A stretch of DNA of 64,000 bases from Vicinamibacteria bacterium (lineage in GTDB: Bacteria; Acidobacteriota; Vicinamibacteria; Marinacidobacterales; Marinacidobacteraceae). The stretch is from contig CAXXLQ010000004.1 of NCBI GenBank assembly GCA_963668695.2, positions 3,648,001 to 3,712,000 on the forward strand, read 5' to 3'. The translations under genes and the position numbers were made by a program. The notes under the pieces are model-generated. The model had not been told where the DNA came from and did no database searches. It worked only from the letters and a program-made list of their open reading frames with translations. Positions 41,092-50,569 of the stretch are shown one piece after another (positions within the stretch are counted from its first letter, which is position 1; the number at the start of each line of letters is the position of its first letter).

Positions 41092-41159
41092 GAGTTTCGC
41101 GGCCTGCGGCCGCGATGCTGGCCAGTTCTCCCGGTGGGGGCCTGAAGACCGGCGCTCCT
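41092..41159 (+). repeat. Extended REP with a 19-bp micro-insertion
   Basis: One mismatch relative to 33443-33510; micro-insertion at 41122-41140. Confidence 0.88.
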
Positions 41160-41564
41160 TTACTTCCAGACCGACAGCAGGATCGCCTGACCCAGCAGCG
41201 CCACCAGGTTGTAGCCGACGCTCAGAGCCGCGAGGCCGGTCTTCCGCTGTTCAAAGGCCACCGATTGGTGCGTCACCGGAATCACGAAGGCGATCACCGC
41301 CACGAGCGCGGCGTGCACTCCGTGGAGCGGACCGCTGAACCCGTCGAGCAGCACCGCGAGTCCGAAAGCGGAGGCGATGGCGAACAGGAACGAGACGCCG
41401 TAGGTCTTCAGCGGATTGAAGCCCGCGGCGATGGCCTCTTCGGTGGTTTCCATGAGCACCAGCCAGCGCTTCCCGAAGATCGGCCCGTACCAGAGGGCGC
41501 CCACGATCATCGGCACGATGCCCGCGACGACAATAGCCAAATAGTTGAGGTCCGGCACATGCAT
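41160..41564 (-). CDS. DUF1761-like membrane protein
   Basis: LNYLAIVVA...GALWYGPIFGKRW. Confidence 0.8.
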   Translation of the reverse strand: MHVPDLNYLAIVVAGIVPMIVGALWYGPIFGKRWLVLMETTEEAIAAGFNPLKTYGVSFLFAIASAFGLAVLLDGFSGPLHGVHAALVAVIAFVIPVTHQSVAFEQRKTGLAALSVGYNLVALLGQAILLSVWK

Positions 41565-41588
41565 GGTTCTTGATTCCCTTCGGGGCCC

Positions 41589-42962
41589 CTATCGGGATCG
41601 CCCGTTGTCCGAATCGGCGCCGGAAGCGCTGATCCCTGCCTTTTCGAGCTCCCAGAGCACCGCATCGGCGAATTCGTCGAGCGTTGGCAGCCTCCGCCCA
41701 TTGATGAAGAGCGTCGGAGTACCGGTGACTCCGAGCCGCATGGCCTCGGCGATGTCCGCCTGAAGCGCCGCTTCGGCCTGAGGCTCGGCCATGCAGGCCC
41801 GAAAGGCGGCTTCGTCGAGTCCGGCGCCCGCCGCGATCCGGACCACGTCGTCGACCTCGGGGCCGCCGGGCGGCGCCCGATAGACGGCGTCGTGATATTC
41901 CCAGAAGCCGCCCAGGAGATTCGCGCACGATCCGCCCCGCGCCACGTTGCAGGCGCCGGGGTGCATCACCTGCGGGAGATTCGCGGAACAGGTCGAATCG
42001 AGCGGGTAGCTCCGGTAGTAGAGCGCCACGTGAGGGCCGGTCGGGCCCTCGGCGTACTGATCGAAGGCCAGCGCGAAACGCCGGCAGGACGGGCAGAGGA
42101 AGTCCGAAAACGTGACGATCTTGACCGGCGCTCCGGGGTCACCCTTCACCGGGACCCCGTCGAGAGACACCTCCTGCACCCGCTGCTGACGGAACGAGGG
42201 ATTCCTCCATTGCGGCAGGAATCCGGCGCCCTGGGGGGACAGCCGGGAGGCCCGGGCGATGTCCTTCAGCTCGGCGGGCAACTCGGCGGGCAGCTCTTCC
42301 GAAGCCGCCGAACGAACGCCCAGAATCGAGAGGTCCACCGAGGTCGCGGCCCGGTCGCTGAGACCGTCGTTGATCACGAGTACTGCGGCGGCGACGAGTC
42401 CGGCGGCGAGCCAGAACGCCCGGACGGCGAATCGCTCGACCGCGAACTGCGGGTCGCGCTCGGCCGGACGCGCCGGCTCCCCCGGCGCCCGCCGCCGGGC
42501 CGGCAACAGGAACCAGAAGGCCGCGCCGTTTGCCCCGTACGTCCAGATGCAGAGAGAACAGAAGCTTCCGATCGCGAACGCCTGGACGCCGAACAGGAAG
42601 AGATCCACCACGAGCGCCAGGGTCACGAGGCCCAGCGCCAGCCGACCGGGCCGACTGGAGAGCGGAGCTTTCCCGAGCAGGGCGAGCGCCAGCAGAAATC
42701 CAAGGGACACGAAGAACGCGAGCCCCACCGCGGCCAGCGGGACAGCCCCCACCGTGGACCAGGTGCTCGCCGCTACCTCCTCGCAGCCCGAATTCGTGGG
42801 GTCGCAGGCCGCCGCCGCGAGCGCGCCCGCGTCGAGCCCGTGATGGCGAAGGAGTAGTACGCCCGAAACAATCGCCCCGAAGAGGGCGGCGGCAAACGTC
42901 AGCCCGAGGCGAACGGCGTCCGTTGCGCGGGTGCCAACCATGGAAGCCGGGAGTTTATCCAT
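41589..42962 (-). CDS. VKOR-domain plus DsbA/thioredoxin fusion
   Basis: C...GCEEV..S.WS, CSLC in the TM region; FSDFLCPSC, YPLD..C, GTPTLFING. Confidence 0.88.
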   Translation of the reverse strand: MDKLPASMVGTRATDAVRLGLTFAAALFGAIVSGVLLLRHHGLDAGALAAAACDPTNSGCEEVAASTWSTVGAVPLAAVGLAFFVSLGFLLALALLGKAPLSSRPGRLALGLVTLALVVDLFLFGVQAFAIGSFCSLCIWTYGANGAAFWFLLPARRRAPGEPARPAERDPQFAVERFAVRAFWLAAGLVAAAVLVINDGLSDRAATSVDLSILGVRSAASEELPAELPAELKDIARASRLSPQGAGFLPQWRNPSFRQQRVQEVSLDGVPVKGDPGAPVKIVTFSDFLCPSCRRFALAFDQYAEGPTGPHVALYYRSYPLDSTCSANLPQVMHPGACNVARGGSCANLLGGFWEYHDAVYRAPPGGPEVDDVVRIAAGAGLDEAAFRACMAEPQAEAALQADIAEAMRLGVTGTPTLFINGRRLPTLDEFADAVLWELEKAGISASGADSDNGRSR

Positions 42963-43623
42963 CCTTCGGCGACCGTCCGTAACCCAAGGCGTAGGGGGGC
43001 GCCTCGATCCCTTGCCTGAGATCCGGCGCCGGCTCCGGCGGACCGAAAGTCGTGTTCACGGGAACCAGCCCGGCCCAATAGGGGAGTGCGAGGTCCTCGT
43101 CGTCATCCATGGGAGGCCCGGTCCGAAGCTTGGCGGTGGCCTCCTCGATGGGTATCGAAGCGACCAGGGTCGCTTTGAGTTCGATGTCGTTTGTCGGCCG
43201 GGCATCCCCGTGACGTCCGGGGACCAGACGACTGAGCAATACGTCGAGGGCGCGCCGTTTCTCGCTTTCCCCGGCCACCTCCGCGGTCCGCCCGAGCACC
43301 ACTACCGAGCGGTAGTTCATGGAGTGGTGGAAGTAGGACCGTGCGAGGACGAGAGCGTCCAGGAGAGTCACGGTGACGGCCGCCTCGACACCCGCGGCGA
43401 GAAGACGCATCAGCCGGCTCGCCGACGATCCGTGGAGCAACACGCGATCTCCGTCCCGCGCATAGCCCATCGGAATCACGAAAGGAGAGCCCTCGTGGAC
43501 GAACCCCACGTGCGCCACGATGCCCTCGTCGAGGATGGCGTCGATGACCGCCTGATCGTGCGAACCCCGAACGGGCAGCCGCCGGACGCGGCTGCGGGGC
43601 GTCACCCGGATGTCGGAACTCAT
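42955..43623 (-). CDS. Pyridoxamine 5'-phosphate oxidase-like flavin-binding protein
   Basis: LHGSSASRL, LVLARS.FHHSMNYRSVV. Confidence 0.9.
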   Translation of the reverse strand: MSSDIRVTPRSRVRRLPVRGSHDQAVIDAILDEGIVAHVGFVHEGSPFVIPMGYARDGDRVLLHGSSASRLMRLLAAGVEAAVTVTLLDALVLARSYFHHSMNYRSVVVLGRTAEVAGESEKRRALDVLLSRLVPGRHGDARPTNDIELKATLVASIPIEEATAKLRTGPPMDDDEDLALPYWAGLVPVNTTFGPPEPAPDLRQGIEAPPYALGYGRSPKDG

Positions 43624-43638
43624 TCTTTCTCCCTCGAA

Positions 43639-44275
43639 CGGCCCGTGAACAAAGTCAGGCGGCCCAGTCCTCCCGGAGGAGGCCCCGGCGTTCACGCGCC
43701 CGGCTGACAAGGCGCGTGAGGGAGGAATACCTGGTGTATTTCGACCGAAACGCAACGATGAGCGGCGCGAAGCGACGCGGTGAACAGCCGGTGGTGGAAC
43801 CCACGTGAGCGCCGAGGTTGGCCAGTTCTCCCGGTGGGGGCGAGGCCCAGCTCTCCCGGTGGGGCCAGTCCTCCCGGTGGGGGCCCGGCTGACAAGGCGC
43901 GTGAGGGAGGAATACCGCGTGTATTCCGACCGAAACGCAACGATCGAGCGGCGCGAAGCGACGCGGTGAACAGCCGGTGGTGGAACCCACGTGAGCGCCG
44001 AGGTTGGCCAGTTCTCCCGGTGGGGGCGAGGCCCAGTTCTCCCGGTGGGGCCAGTCCTCCCGGTGGGGGCCCGGCTGACAAGGCGCGTGAGGGAGGAATA
44101 CCGCGTGTATTCCGACCGAAACGCAACGATGAGCGGCGCGAAGCGACGCGGTTCAGCCGGGATGGATCGCCGGCCGAGCCCCCACCGGGAGAACTGGGCC
44201 GCGTGGGTTTCATCACCGGTTGTTTGGCCGGGATGGATCGCCGGCCGAACGCCGCCTGGGTTTCACCACCGGCTG
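43639..44275 (+). mobile_element. MITE locus H: outer copy interrupted by a partly tandem-duplicated inner copy, 8 micro-insertions
   Basis: Outer copy 43639-43781 plus 44226-44275; inner copy 43785-44222 with a 186-bp duplication (units at 43780 and 43966). Confidence 0.88.
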
Positions 44276-45406
44276 CTACACGTCACTGCGCAGGGAAAGC
44301 CTGCTCCGCAGCGTCTCCATGGTGACCACGCCAACGAAACGGCGGGCGTCGAGGACTGCCAGGGAACGCCGGCCCCCGGCAAAGAGATTCACCGCCCGGA
44401 TGGCCGCGTCCTCCGGGGCCAGAGTAGTGACCAGAATGTCGGTGCGCATGAGGTCGCCCGCAGTGAGCTGCTGCAATTCGTCGGACGACCGGCGATGCAG
44501 ATCCTCGACACGGACCGCACCCACGAGGTCCGCCTCGTCGAGCACCGGTATCTCGGTGTGCGGCGTTGCGAGCGCTACCAGTTCGATGCCGGAAACATGC
44601 CTCGGGACGGCGAGGATCCGGTAGTCGAGCAGGTGGGCCGCGGTTACCCCTTCAAGCGTCTTGGCGAGCCAGACCTGGCGTGTCACCTCGCGTGACGTCC
44701 GCCGCAAATGGAGCCCGATCAAGACAAACCAGCCGCCGAGCACCAGACGCACGGCGCCTCCCGCCGGCCCGCTGCCGCCAAAGAGCGCCAGCACCCCGAA
44801 TGCGACCATCAGAAGTCCGAAAGTGCCGCCGGTAGCCGCAACGGCCCGGGTAGCGGCCAGGGGCCGGTCCCAGACAATCCAAAGCGCGGCTCGCAGGATC
44901 CGGCCGCCATCCAGGGGAACGGCCGGAACCAGGTTGAAGGCCAGCAGCAGGCCGTTGATCAGCGCCAGGTTGTCCGCCACCGCGACAACCGAAGCCGGCG
45001 CCGCCGCGCCCAGTTGAGCGACCGCGAGAAACACCACCAGCAGAACCAGCGTCGCGAAAGGACCCGCAACGGCGATCCGAAGTTCGGCCCCCGCGCCGCC
45101 CGGATGCCCTTCCAGTTCGGTGGCCCCGCCGAACACCTTGAGAGTAATCCCGGACACCTTCTGCCCCGTTCGCGCCGCGACGGCGGCGTGGGCCAGCTCG
45201 TGGATCAGGACGGACCCGAGAATCAGCACGCTGGTCACCACTCCCAGTGCGGCGGCGCCCGCCGCCGAGACTCCGGGAACACCCCGGAAATAGAGAACCG
45301 CGAAGAGCGCCGATACGACGCTCGCGGTCAGCAACCAGGAAGAGTGGATCCGCACCGGAAAGGGCAGCCAGGGCCGGCGGGCTGTCCGCCGTCGCGGTCC
45401 GGTCAC
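44276..45406 (-). CDS. Site-2 protease (M50) with CBS-like C-terminus
   Basis: HELAH, IAVAGP, FNLVPAVPLDGGRILRA. Confidence 0.92.
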   Translation of the reverse strand: MTGPRRRTARRPWLPFPVRIHSSWLLTASVVSALFAVLYFRGVPGVSAAGAAALGVVTSVLILGSVLIHELAHAAVAARTGQKVSGITLKVFGGATELEGHPGGAGAELRIAVAGPFATLVLLVVFLAVAQLGAAAPASVVAVADNLALINGLLLAFNLVPAVPLDGGRILRAALWIVWDRPLAATRAVAATGGTFGLLMVAFGVLALFGGSGPAGGAVRLVLGGWFVLIGLHLRRTSREVTRQVWLAKTLEGVTAAHLLDYRILAVPRHVSGIELVALATPHTEIPVLDEADLVGAVRVEDLHRRSSDELQQLTAGDLMRTDILVTTLAPEDAAIRAVNLFAGGRRSLAVLDARRFVGVVTMETLRSRLSLRSDV

Positions 45407-46908
45407 GGGTCCCTGCCCCCGGCTTCGGGCGCCGCTTCCTGGCCGCCACGCGACAGGATGAGCAACCGGTCTCCCGGACCGAGTTGATCATCGAGCCAGC
45501 CCCGATTGAGGAATTCCACCGCGCCCGGCGGGCCGTCGATTCTTCCCTCCGCGGCGAGACGGTCCAGGGCGTCGCGTACCGATCCGCTCCCGCCCACGGC
45601 CAGCGCGGTGATCCGGAACGGCCCCGGTACCGGGGTATCCCACAAGCGGTCGGCGCTCCCGAGCACCTCCAGAAAAAGAGCCTCGCAGGCGTCGAAGCGG
45701 CGGCGAGCACAATCGAGACTCACTTCGACAAGAGACGCTCTCGATCGAAACAGCGCGAGGAGGCCAGCGGGCTCTCCCCCGAGAGTCCCGGAGGCCGAAT
45801 CCGCCGGGAGGCTCGGCGCCCCCTCGCACAAACCCGCGGCAGCCGCCGGATTCTCCCCGGCCCGTTCCCTCGGCCCCTCGCTCGCCAGGGGCTGAACCCG
45901 ACTCCGGACGGCGGTGAACCCGCGGACCCGAAACGCCTCGACGAACGTCGCCTCCGCGCCGTGGCAATCCGCGGTCCTCCAGAGATGGGCCGCCAGGGCC
46001 GCGAGATGGGCCCGGTGGGCAGCCACCCCGGCGGCATCAACCCCGGCGGCATCAACCCCGGCGGCATCAACCCCTGTCGCGCTCGGCTGGGTAAGGCCCT
46101 GGGTTACCGGAATCTCCCGCACGGTCAGCCGCAGAGGTTCTCCCTTGCGGCTCGCGCGAAAAACCCCGCGCCCCACCGGCTCGAACGAGCTCTCGTCAGG
46201 CAGCGAGAGCCGGAAATCCGCCTGCGGCAGGAGCAGGCCCGACCCGTCCGCAACCCCGAACTCGGCGGGCTCCCCGAAGAGCAACCCATCGAGAAGATCG
46301 AACCAGCGGTCCCGACTCGTATCCGGGGCGGCAGCTTCGTCCGTTGGGCGTTCCGGATCGGGCTCCAGCGGCAGCACCAGCGGGAGCGGCTGCTCGACCA
46401 GGTTCCCCGCTGATGGGGACCGGAAGGCGCCGCTCGCAAAGGTTGCCGCGGCCGACCCGAACAGTTCGACGAGCGCCGGCTCGCCCGGCAAGGCGGCAAG
46501 CGCCCCCCGGGAAACGAAGACCGTCCGGTCGGCGAAGAGGAAGGCCTCCGGCTTCGCATCATCGAGGACGAGAAAGCGCCAGCCATCGTGGAGGGTCGTC
46601 TCCTCCCGGGCACCGGCGGCCAGCAGCGGGGCCTCCGCTATGGCCTCGAGACCGATCTCGGAAATGCGGGCGGCGAGCTCAGGGTCCCGAACGAGCGGCC
46701 GATGACCCTCGAATGCACCGCGGGCGCGCTCGGCGGCATGAATTGCCGCCGCGTCCGGCGGCATGGCGATGGGCGCCGACGTTGCCGCACAGCCCGCGGC
46801 AGCGAGGCTACCGAAAAACGCGAGAACCGAACGGAGGCTTAACAGCCTGTGTTGGAACCCGCGTGAGCGCCGAGGTCGGCGACGAAACGATTTGTGGGCG
46901 CGGGACAC
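45403..46908 (-). CDS. Divergent M48-peptidase-like lipoprotein lacking HEXXH
   Basis: LAAAGC lipobox; WRFLVLD..PEAF....VFVSRG.L, LDGLLFGE, C-terminal LN....L.PGDRL; (GVDAA)3 repeat at 46025-46074; start uncertain. Confidence 0.55.
   Translation of the reverse strand: MSRAHKSFRRRPRRSRGFQHRLLSLRSVLAFFGSLAAAGCAATSAPIAMPPDAAAIHAAERARGAFEGHRPLVRDPELAARISEIGLEAIAEAPLLAAGAREETTLHDGWRFLVLDDAKPEAFLFADRTVFVSRGALAALPGEPALVELFGSAAATFASGAFRSPSAGNLVEQPLPLVLPLEPDPERPTDEAAAPDTSRDRWFDLLDGLLFGEPAEFGVADGSGLLLPQADFRLSLPDESSFEPVGRGVFRASRKGEPLRLTVREIPVTQGLTQPSATGVDAAGVDAAGVDAAGVAAHRAHLAALAAHLWRTADCHGAEATFVEAFRVRGFTAVRSRVQPLASEGPRERAGENPAAAAGLCEGAPSLPADSASGTLGGEPAGLLALFRSRASLVEVSLDCARRRFDACEALFLEVLGSADRLWDTPVPGPFRITALAVGGSGSVRDALDRLAAEGRIDGPPGAVEFLNRGWLDDQLGPGDRLLILSRGGQEAAPEAGGRDP
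46843..46882 (+). mobile_element. MITE remnant I (one end only)
   Basis: TTAA plus CAGCCTGTGTTGGAACCCGCGTGAGCGCCGAGGTCGGCGA. Confidence 0.8.
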
Positions 46909-46942
46909 GAATTCCGCGCCGCGGCGGTGACCGGAGGACCGG

Positions 46943-47200
46943 TCAGAGGTAGTAGTTCGTGTTGATGTCGCGGTAGTCCGCCCACTCATCCGGCAACTCT
47001 TCGTCGGGGAAGATGGCCGTCACCGGGCAGGCGGGCTCGCAAGCGCCGCAGTCGATGCACGTGTCGGGGTCGATGTAGAGCTGGGTGGCCTGCTCGAAGC
47101 CGTCCTCATCACTTGTGGGGTGGATGCAATCCACCGGACAAACATCCACGCAGGCAGTATCTTTGGTCCCGATACAGGGCTCAGCGATCCAGTAAGACAT
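46943..47200 (-). CDS. Dicluster (7Fe-type) ferredoxin
   Basis: CIGTKDTACVDVCPVDCIH and CIDCGACEPACP. Confidence 0.95.
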   Translation of the reverse strand: MSYWIAEPCIGTKDTACVDVCPVDCIHPTSDEDGFEQATQLYIDPDTCIDCGACEPACPVTAIFPDEELPDEWADYRDINTNYYL

Positions 47201-47262
47201 CGTAGGAAGCTGCCTCCTCAGACAGGCGCGAGAAGAATGTTTTCAGGGTGCCGGCCCCGGGA

Positions 47263-48756
47263 TCAGCCAAGTTCGAGAAGTCTCTGCGAGTACTCGGTGA
47301 CCCGATCCAAGGCACCCCAGAATAGTAGTCCAAAAAGGTTCGGCACCACCAGCACGACGAGCAGGCCGAGATCGAGCCGGCTGAAGACCAGCGGCGGTGT
47401 CGGTCCGGATTCCGGATCGATCACCATGGTCCGAAGAACCTTCACGTAGTAAAAGGCGGCCACCGCGGTGTTCAACACCCCGATGACCGCGAGCCAGCCA
47501 AGCCCGGCGTTGATCACCGCCGCGAACACGTACCACTTGGCCAGGAAGCCCGCGAAGGGAGGGATGCCCATCAGCGAGAACAGGAAGATTCCCATGGCGA
47601 CGGTCAGGAGCGGGGAGCGCTTCCAGAAGCCGGCATAGCTGCTGATCTCGAAGCTCCCGGTCACCCGGTGGGCGAGGATGACCACCAGGAAGGCTCCGAG
47701 ATTCATGAACAGGTAGATCGCGAGGTAGGCGACGATGGCCTGCACCCCTTCCACCGACAGCACGCACGCCGCCATCAACATGGTGCCCGCGTGGGCGATC
47801 GACGAATACGCGAGCAGCCGTTTCACGTTCGTCTGGAGCAGGGCCGCGACGTTGCCGAGGGTCATGGTGATGACCGCGAGGATCATCAGCAGCAACTGCC
47901 AGTCGGCGCCGCCCACCGGGGCAATCGCTCCCCCACCGGCCGGCTCGCCCATCCCGAGATAGAAGAAGCGAATGAGGATCGCGAAGCCGGCGGCCTTCGG
48001 GCCGACGGACAGGAAGGCGGTGACGGGCGTGGGGGCCCCGGTATACACGTCGGGACACCAGAAGTGGAACGGCGCGGCAGCGATCTTGAAGCCGATCCCG
48101 GCGGCGACCAGGATCACCACGAGCATGAGTCCCGGCCCGAAAGCACCTTCGGCGAGAGCGGCGCGCACCTCGTAGAGATCGAGGGTGCCGGTCATGCCGT
48201 AGAGAAGCGAGAGGCCGAACAGCATGGACCCCGTCGAGACCGCTCCGAACAGGATGTATTTGAGCGAAGCCTCGTTCGAGAGCCGATCCGAACTCAGGTA
48301 ACCCACCATGAGGTAGGAAGCCACGGAGACCGTCTCGAGCGAGAGGTAGATCATCACGAGGTTGACCGAGCCGGCCATCCACATGAGCGCCGCGGTGACG
48401 GTGATCAGCAGCGCGAGCATCTCGCCCATGCGAACTCCTTCGAGTTCACGGGACCGAACGCTCAGCAGCAGTACGACGATGGAAGCGATAACGAACACCA
48501 CCCGGAGCACCCGGAGCAGGCCATCGTCGGCGATCATCGACGCGAAGAGCGACTGGCTCTCGCCCGCCCCGAGGGCGGCCCATGACGCCACGAGGGCGGC
48601 GCCGAGACCCACCAGCGTGATGCCGGTGAGGAGATTTCGCCCCTCCTGGATCGGGCGCCGCTGGGTGACCAGGTCCGCCACGATCACGAGCGCGAGCGTC
48701 CCCATCAGGATCAGTTCGGGAACGAACCGGGAGAGGCTCTGAACCGCGTTTTCCAT
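47263..48756 (-). CDS. nuoN: NADH-quinone oxidoreductase subunit N
   Basis: EASLKY, GFKIAAAPFHFWCPDVY.GAP, KRLLAYSSIAH. Confidence 0.95.
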   Translation of the reverse strand: MENAVQSLSRFVPELILMGTLALVIVADLVTQRRPIQEGRNLLTGITLVGLGAALVASWAALGAGESQSLFASMIADDGLLRVLRVVFVIASIVVLLLSVRSRELEGVRMGEMLALLITVTAALMWMAGSVNLVMIYLSLETVSVASYLMVGYLSSDRLSNEASLKYILFGAVSTGSMLFGLSLLYGMTGTLDLYEVRAALAEGAFGPGLMLVVILVAAGIGFKIAAAPFHFWCPDVYTGAPTPVTAFLSVGPKAAGFAILIRFFYLGMGEPAGGGAIAPVGGADWQLLLMILAVITMTLGNVAALLQTNVKRLLAYSSIAHAGTMLMAACVLSVEGVQAIVAYLAIYLFMNLGAFLVVILAHRVTGSFEISSYAGFWKRSPLLTVAMGIFLFSLMGIPPFAGFLAKWYVFAAVINAGLGWLAVIGVLNTAVAAFYYVKVLRTMVIDPESGPTPPLVFSRLDLGLLVVLVVPNLFGLLFWGALDRVTEYSQRLLELG

Positions 48757-48759
48757 CAG

Positions 48760-48992
48760 TAGCTCGTGGATGAAATGGCGTGAGCGCCGAGGTCGGTGAG
48801 GCGCCCGGCTGACAAGGCGCGCGAGGGAGGAGCCCCCACCGGGAGCACTGGCCCCGGCGTATTCCGACCGCAGCGGAACGATGAACGGAGCGAAGCGCCA
48901 GTTCTCCCGGTGGGGGGGCGGTTCAGCCGGAATGCATCGCCGGCCGAACGCCCACCGGGAGAACTGGGCCGCGTCATTTCATTCACGGGCTG
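48760..48992 (+). mobile_element. MITE copy J with 3 micro-insertions
   Basis: Ends TAGCTCGTGGATGAAATG / CATTTCATTCACGGGCTG; micro-insertions at 48833-48851, 48898-48916 and 48951-48967. Confidence 0.9.
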
Positions 48993-48997
48993 CTCCT

Positions 48998-49303
48998 CTA
49001 TCCCTTCAGCTCCGCCGCGTCGTCAAGGTTCACGTGCTTCACGACCCGGTAGAGCGACATCACGATCGCCAGCGCGACCGCCGCTTCGCAGGCGGCGATG
49101 ACGATCACCAGCAGCGCGAAGACCTGACCACCGAGCGCCCCCTCGACGAACCGCGAGAAGGCGACCAGATTGATGTTCGCGGAGTTGAAGATCAACTCGA
49201 TGGACATCAAAACGTTGACGGCGTTTCGCCGGGTGAGGACCCCGAAGACGCCGAGCGAGAAGAGCGCCGCCGAGATGTAGAGGTAGTGCTCGAGAGGGAT
49301 CAC
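48998..49303 (-). CDS. nuoK: NADH-quinone oxidoreductase subunit K
   Basis: RRNAVNVLMSIEL, AACEAAVALA. Confidence 0.95.
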   Translation of the reverse strand: MIPLEHYLYISAALFSLGVFGVLTRRNAVNVLMSIELIFNSANINLVAFSRFVEGALGGQVFALLVIVIAACEAAVALAIVMSLYRVVKHVNLDDAAELKG

Positions 49304-49307
49304 TTAG

Positions 49308-49495
49308 CGGTCCGTGGACGGGGTCAGGTGAGCGCCGAGACCGGTGAGGCCCAGTTCTCCCGGTGGGGGTCCGGCTGACAAGGCGCGATTTGGGAGGAAT
49401 ACCGAGCGTATTCCGACCGAATCGGAACGAAGAGCGTAGCGGTTCAGCCGGGATGCATCGCCGGTCGAACGCCGGCTGACCCCGTTCACGGGCCG
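49308..49495 (+). mobile_element. MITE copy K with 1 micro-insertion; contains the nuoJ stop codon
   Basis: Ends CGGTCCGTGGACGGGGTCAG / CTGACCCCGTTCACGGGCCG; micro-insertion at 49351-49369. Confidence 0.9.
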
Positions 49496-49998
49496 CTCCC
49501 CCTCCGGCGGCGGACCAGCATCGCCGCGCCCATGAGCGCGATCAGCAACAGGACCGACGCGATTTCGAAGGGGAGCAGGTAGTCGCCCACCAGCAGCCTT
49601 CCGATGGACTCGCTCGTCGGTCCCAGATCGCCCGAGTTCATGGCGCCCCAGTCCACCGAATTGATGATCCACACCAGCAGCGCGAAGACGAGCCCCGCGG
49701 ACAGCGCCCCCGGGACGACCTGAATCGTTCCGGAACTGATGTTCAGGTTGTAGATCCGGTTCGTCAGCATCACGCCGAAGAGCAGCAGGGTGAGGATGCC
49801 GCCGACGTAGATGAGCACCTGCGCGCCGGCGAGGAAGTCAGCGCCGAGATAGACGTAGAAGACGGCTATCCCGAAGAACGCCGCGACCAGCGCGAACGCG
49901 GAGTGCACGAGGTTCTTCCCGAGGACCACGTAGAGCGCGGACCCGAGCACGAGCGCAGCGACCCCGTAGAAGATCGCCGCCGCCGCCATGGATTCCAT
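49486..49998 (-). CDS. nuoJ: NADH-quinone oxidoreductase subunit J
   Basis: QVLIYVGGI, YLLPFEIASVLLL. Confidence 0.95.
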   Translation of the reverse strand: MESMAAAAIFYGVAALVLGSALYVVLGKNLVHSAFALVAAFFGIAVFYVYLGADFLAGAQVLIYVGGILTLLLFGVMLTNRIYNLNISSGTIQVVPGALSAGLVFALLVWIINSVDWGAMNSGDLGPTSESIGRLLVGDYLLPFEIASVLLLIALMGAAMLVRRRRGSGP

Positions 49999-50013
49999 CG
50001 TCTTCCTGCTCTC

Positions 50014-50544
50014 TCAGGCGCGAGCGGCTCCTGCCGGTGGAGTAGCGGGCTCGATCGTCCTCGGCTCTTTCGCGAACCGGTAGAGCAGATCACCCTTGGT
50101 CTTGCCGCCGAACTCGTAGTTCGGCGTCATCAGGATGCAGTCCGTCGGGCACGGGAAGACGCAGAGCTGGCAGTAGCAGCACAGCGACATGTCGATGTCG
50201 AACTTCACCACCGTCTGCTTGATGGCCGTCCCGTCGGCCGCGAAGATCTTCGGTGCGTCCCGCGACCGCTTCTCGTTGTCGATGTGGATGCAGTCCACCG
50301 GGCAGGCGCGTTCGCACTGCTTGCAGCCGATGCAGTCCTCGATCTTCACGTGGAGCCGCATCCGCGACCGCTCCATCAACGACTCCTTCGGGATGTCGAG
50401 CGGAGACCGCCAGCGCTCCTCGGGAAGCTCGTCGCCGGTGTACTGCTGGGTCACCGAACGCGTGAACAGGTGCCGGAAGGTCACACTCATACCGATCAGC
50501 ACGGTGCTGACTGCTTCCCAAAGGTCCACAAAATAGCGCTTCAT
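50014..50544 (-). CDS. nuoI: NADH-quinone oxidoreductase subunit I
   Basis: [12 protein letters not shown] and [12 protein letters not shown]. Confidence 0.93.
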   Translation of the reverse strand: MKRYFVDLWEAVSTVLIGMSVTFRHLFTRSVTQQYTGDELPEERWRSPLDIPKESLMERSRMRLHVKIEDCIGCKQCERACPVDCIHIDNEKRSRDAPKIFAADGTAIKQTVVKFDIDMSLCCYCQLCVFPCPTDCILMTPNYEFGGKTKGDLLYRFAKEPRTIEPATPPAGAARA

Positions 50545-50569
50545 ATCCTTTTCCCCTCCGGGGCCTTCC

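Noticed and set aside
43780-44222. CRISPR or coding repeat (ORFs 43692-44216 and 43780-44325)
   Set aside because: Fully explained by nested, duplicated MITE copies; there are no unique spacers.
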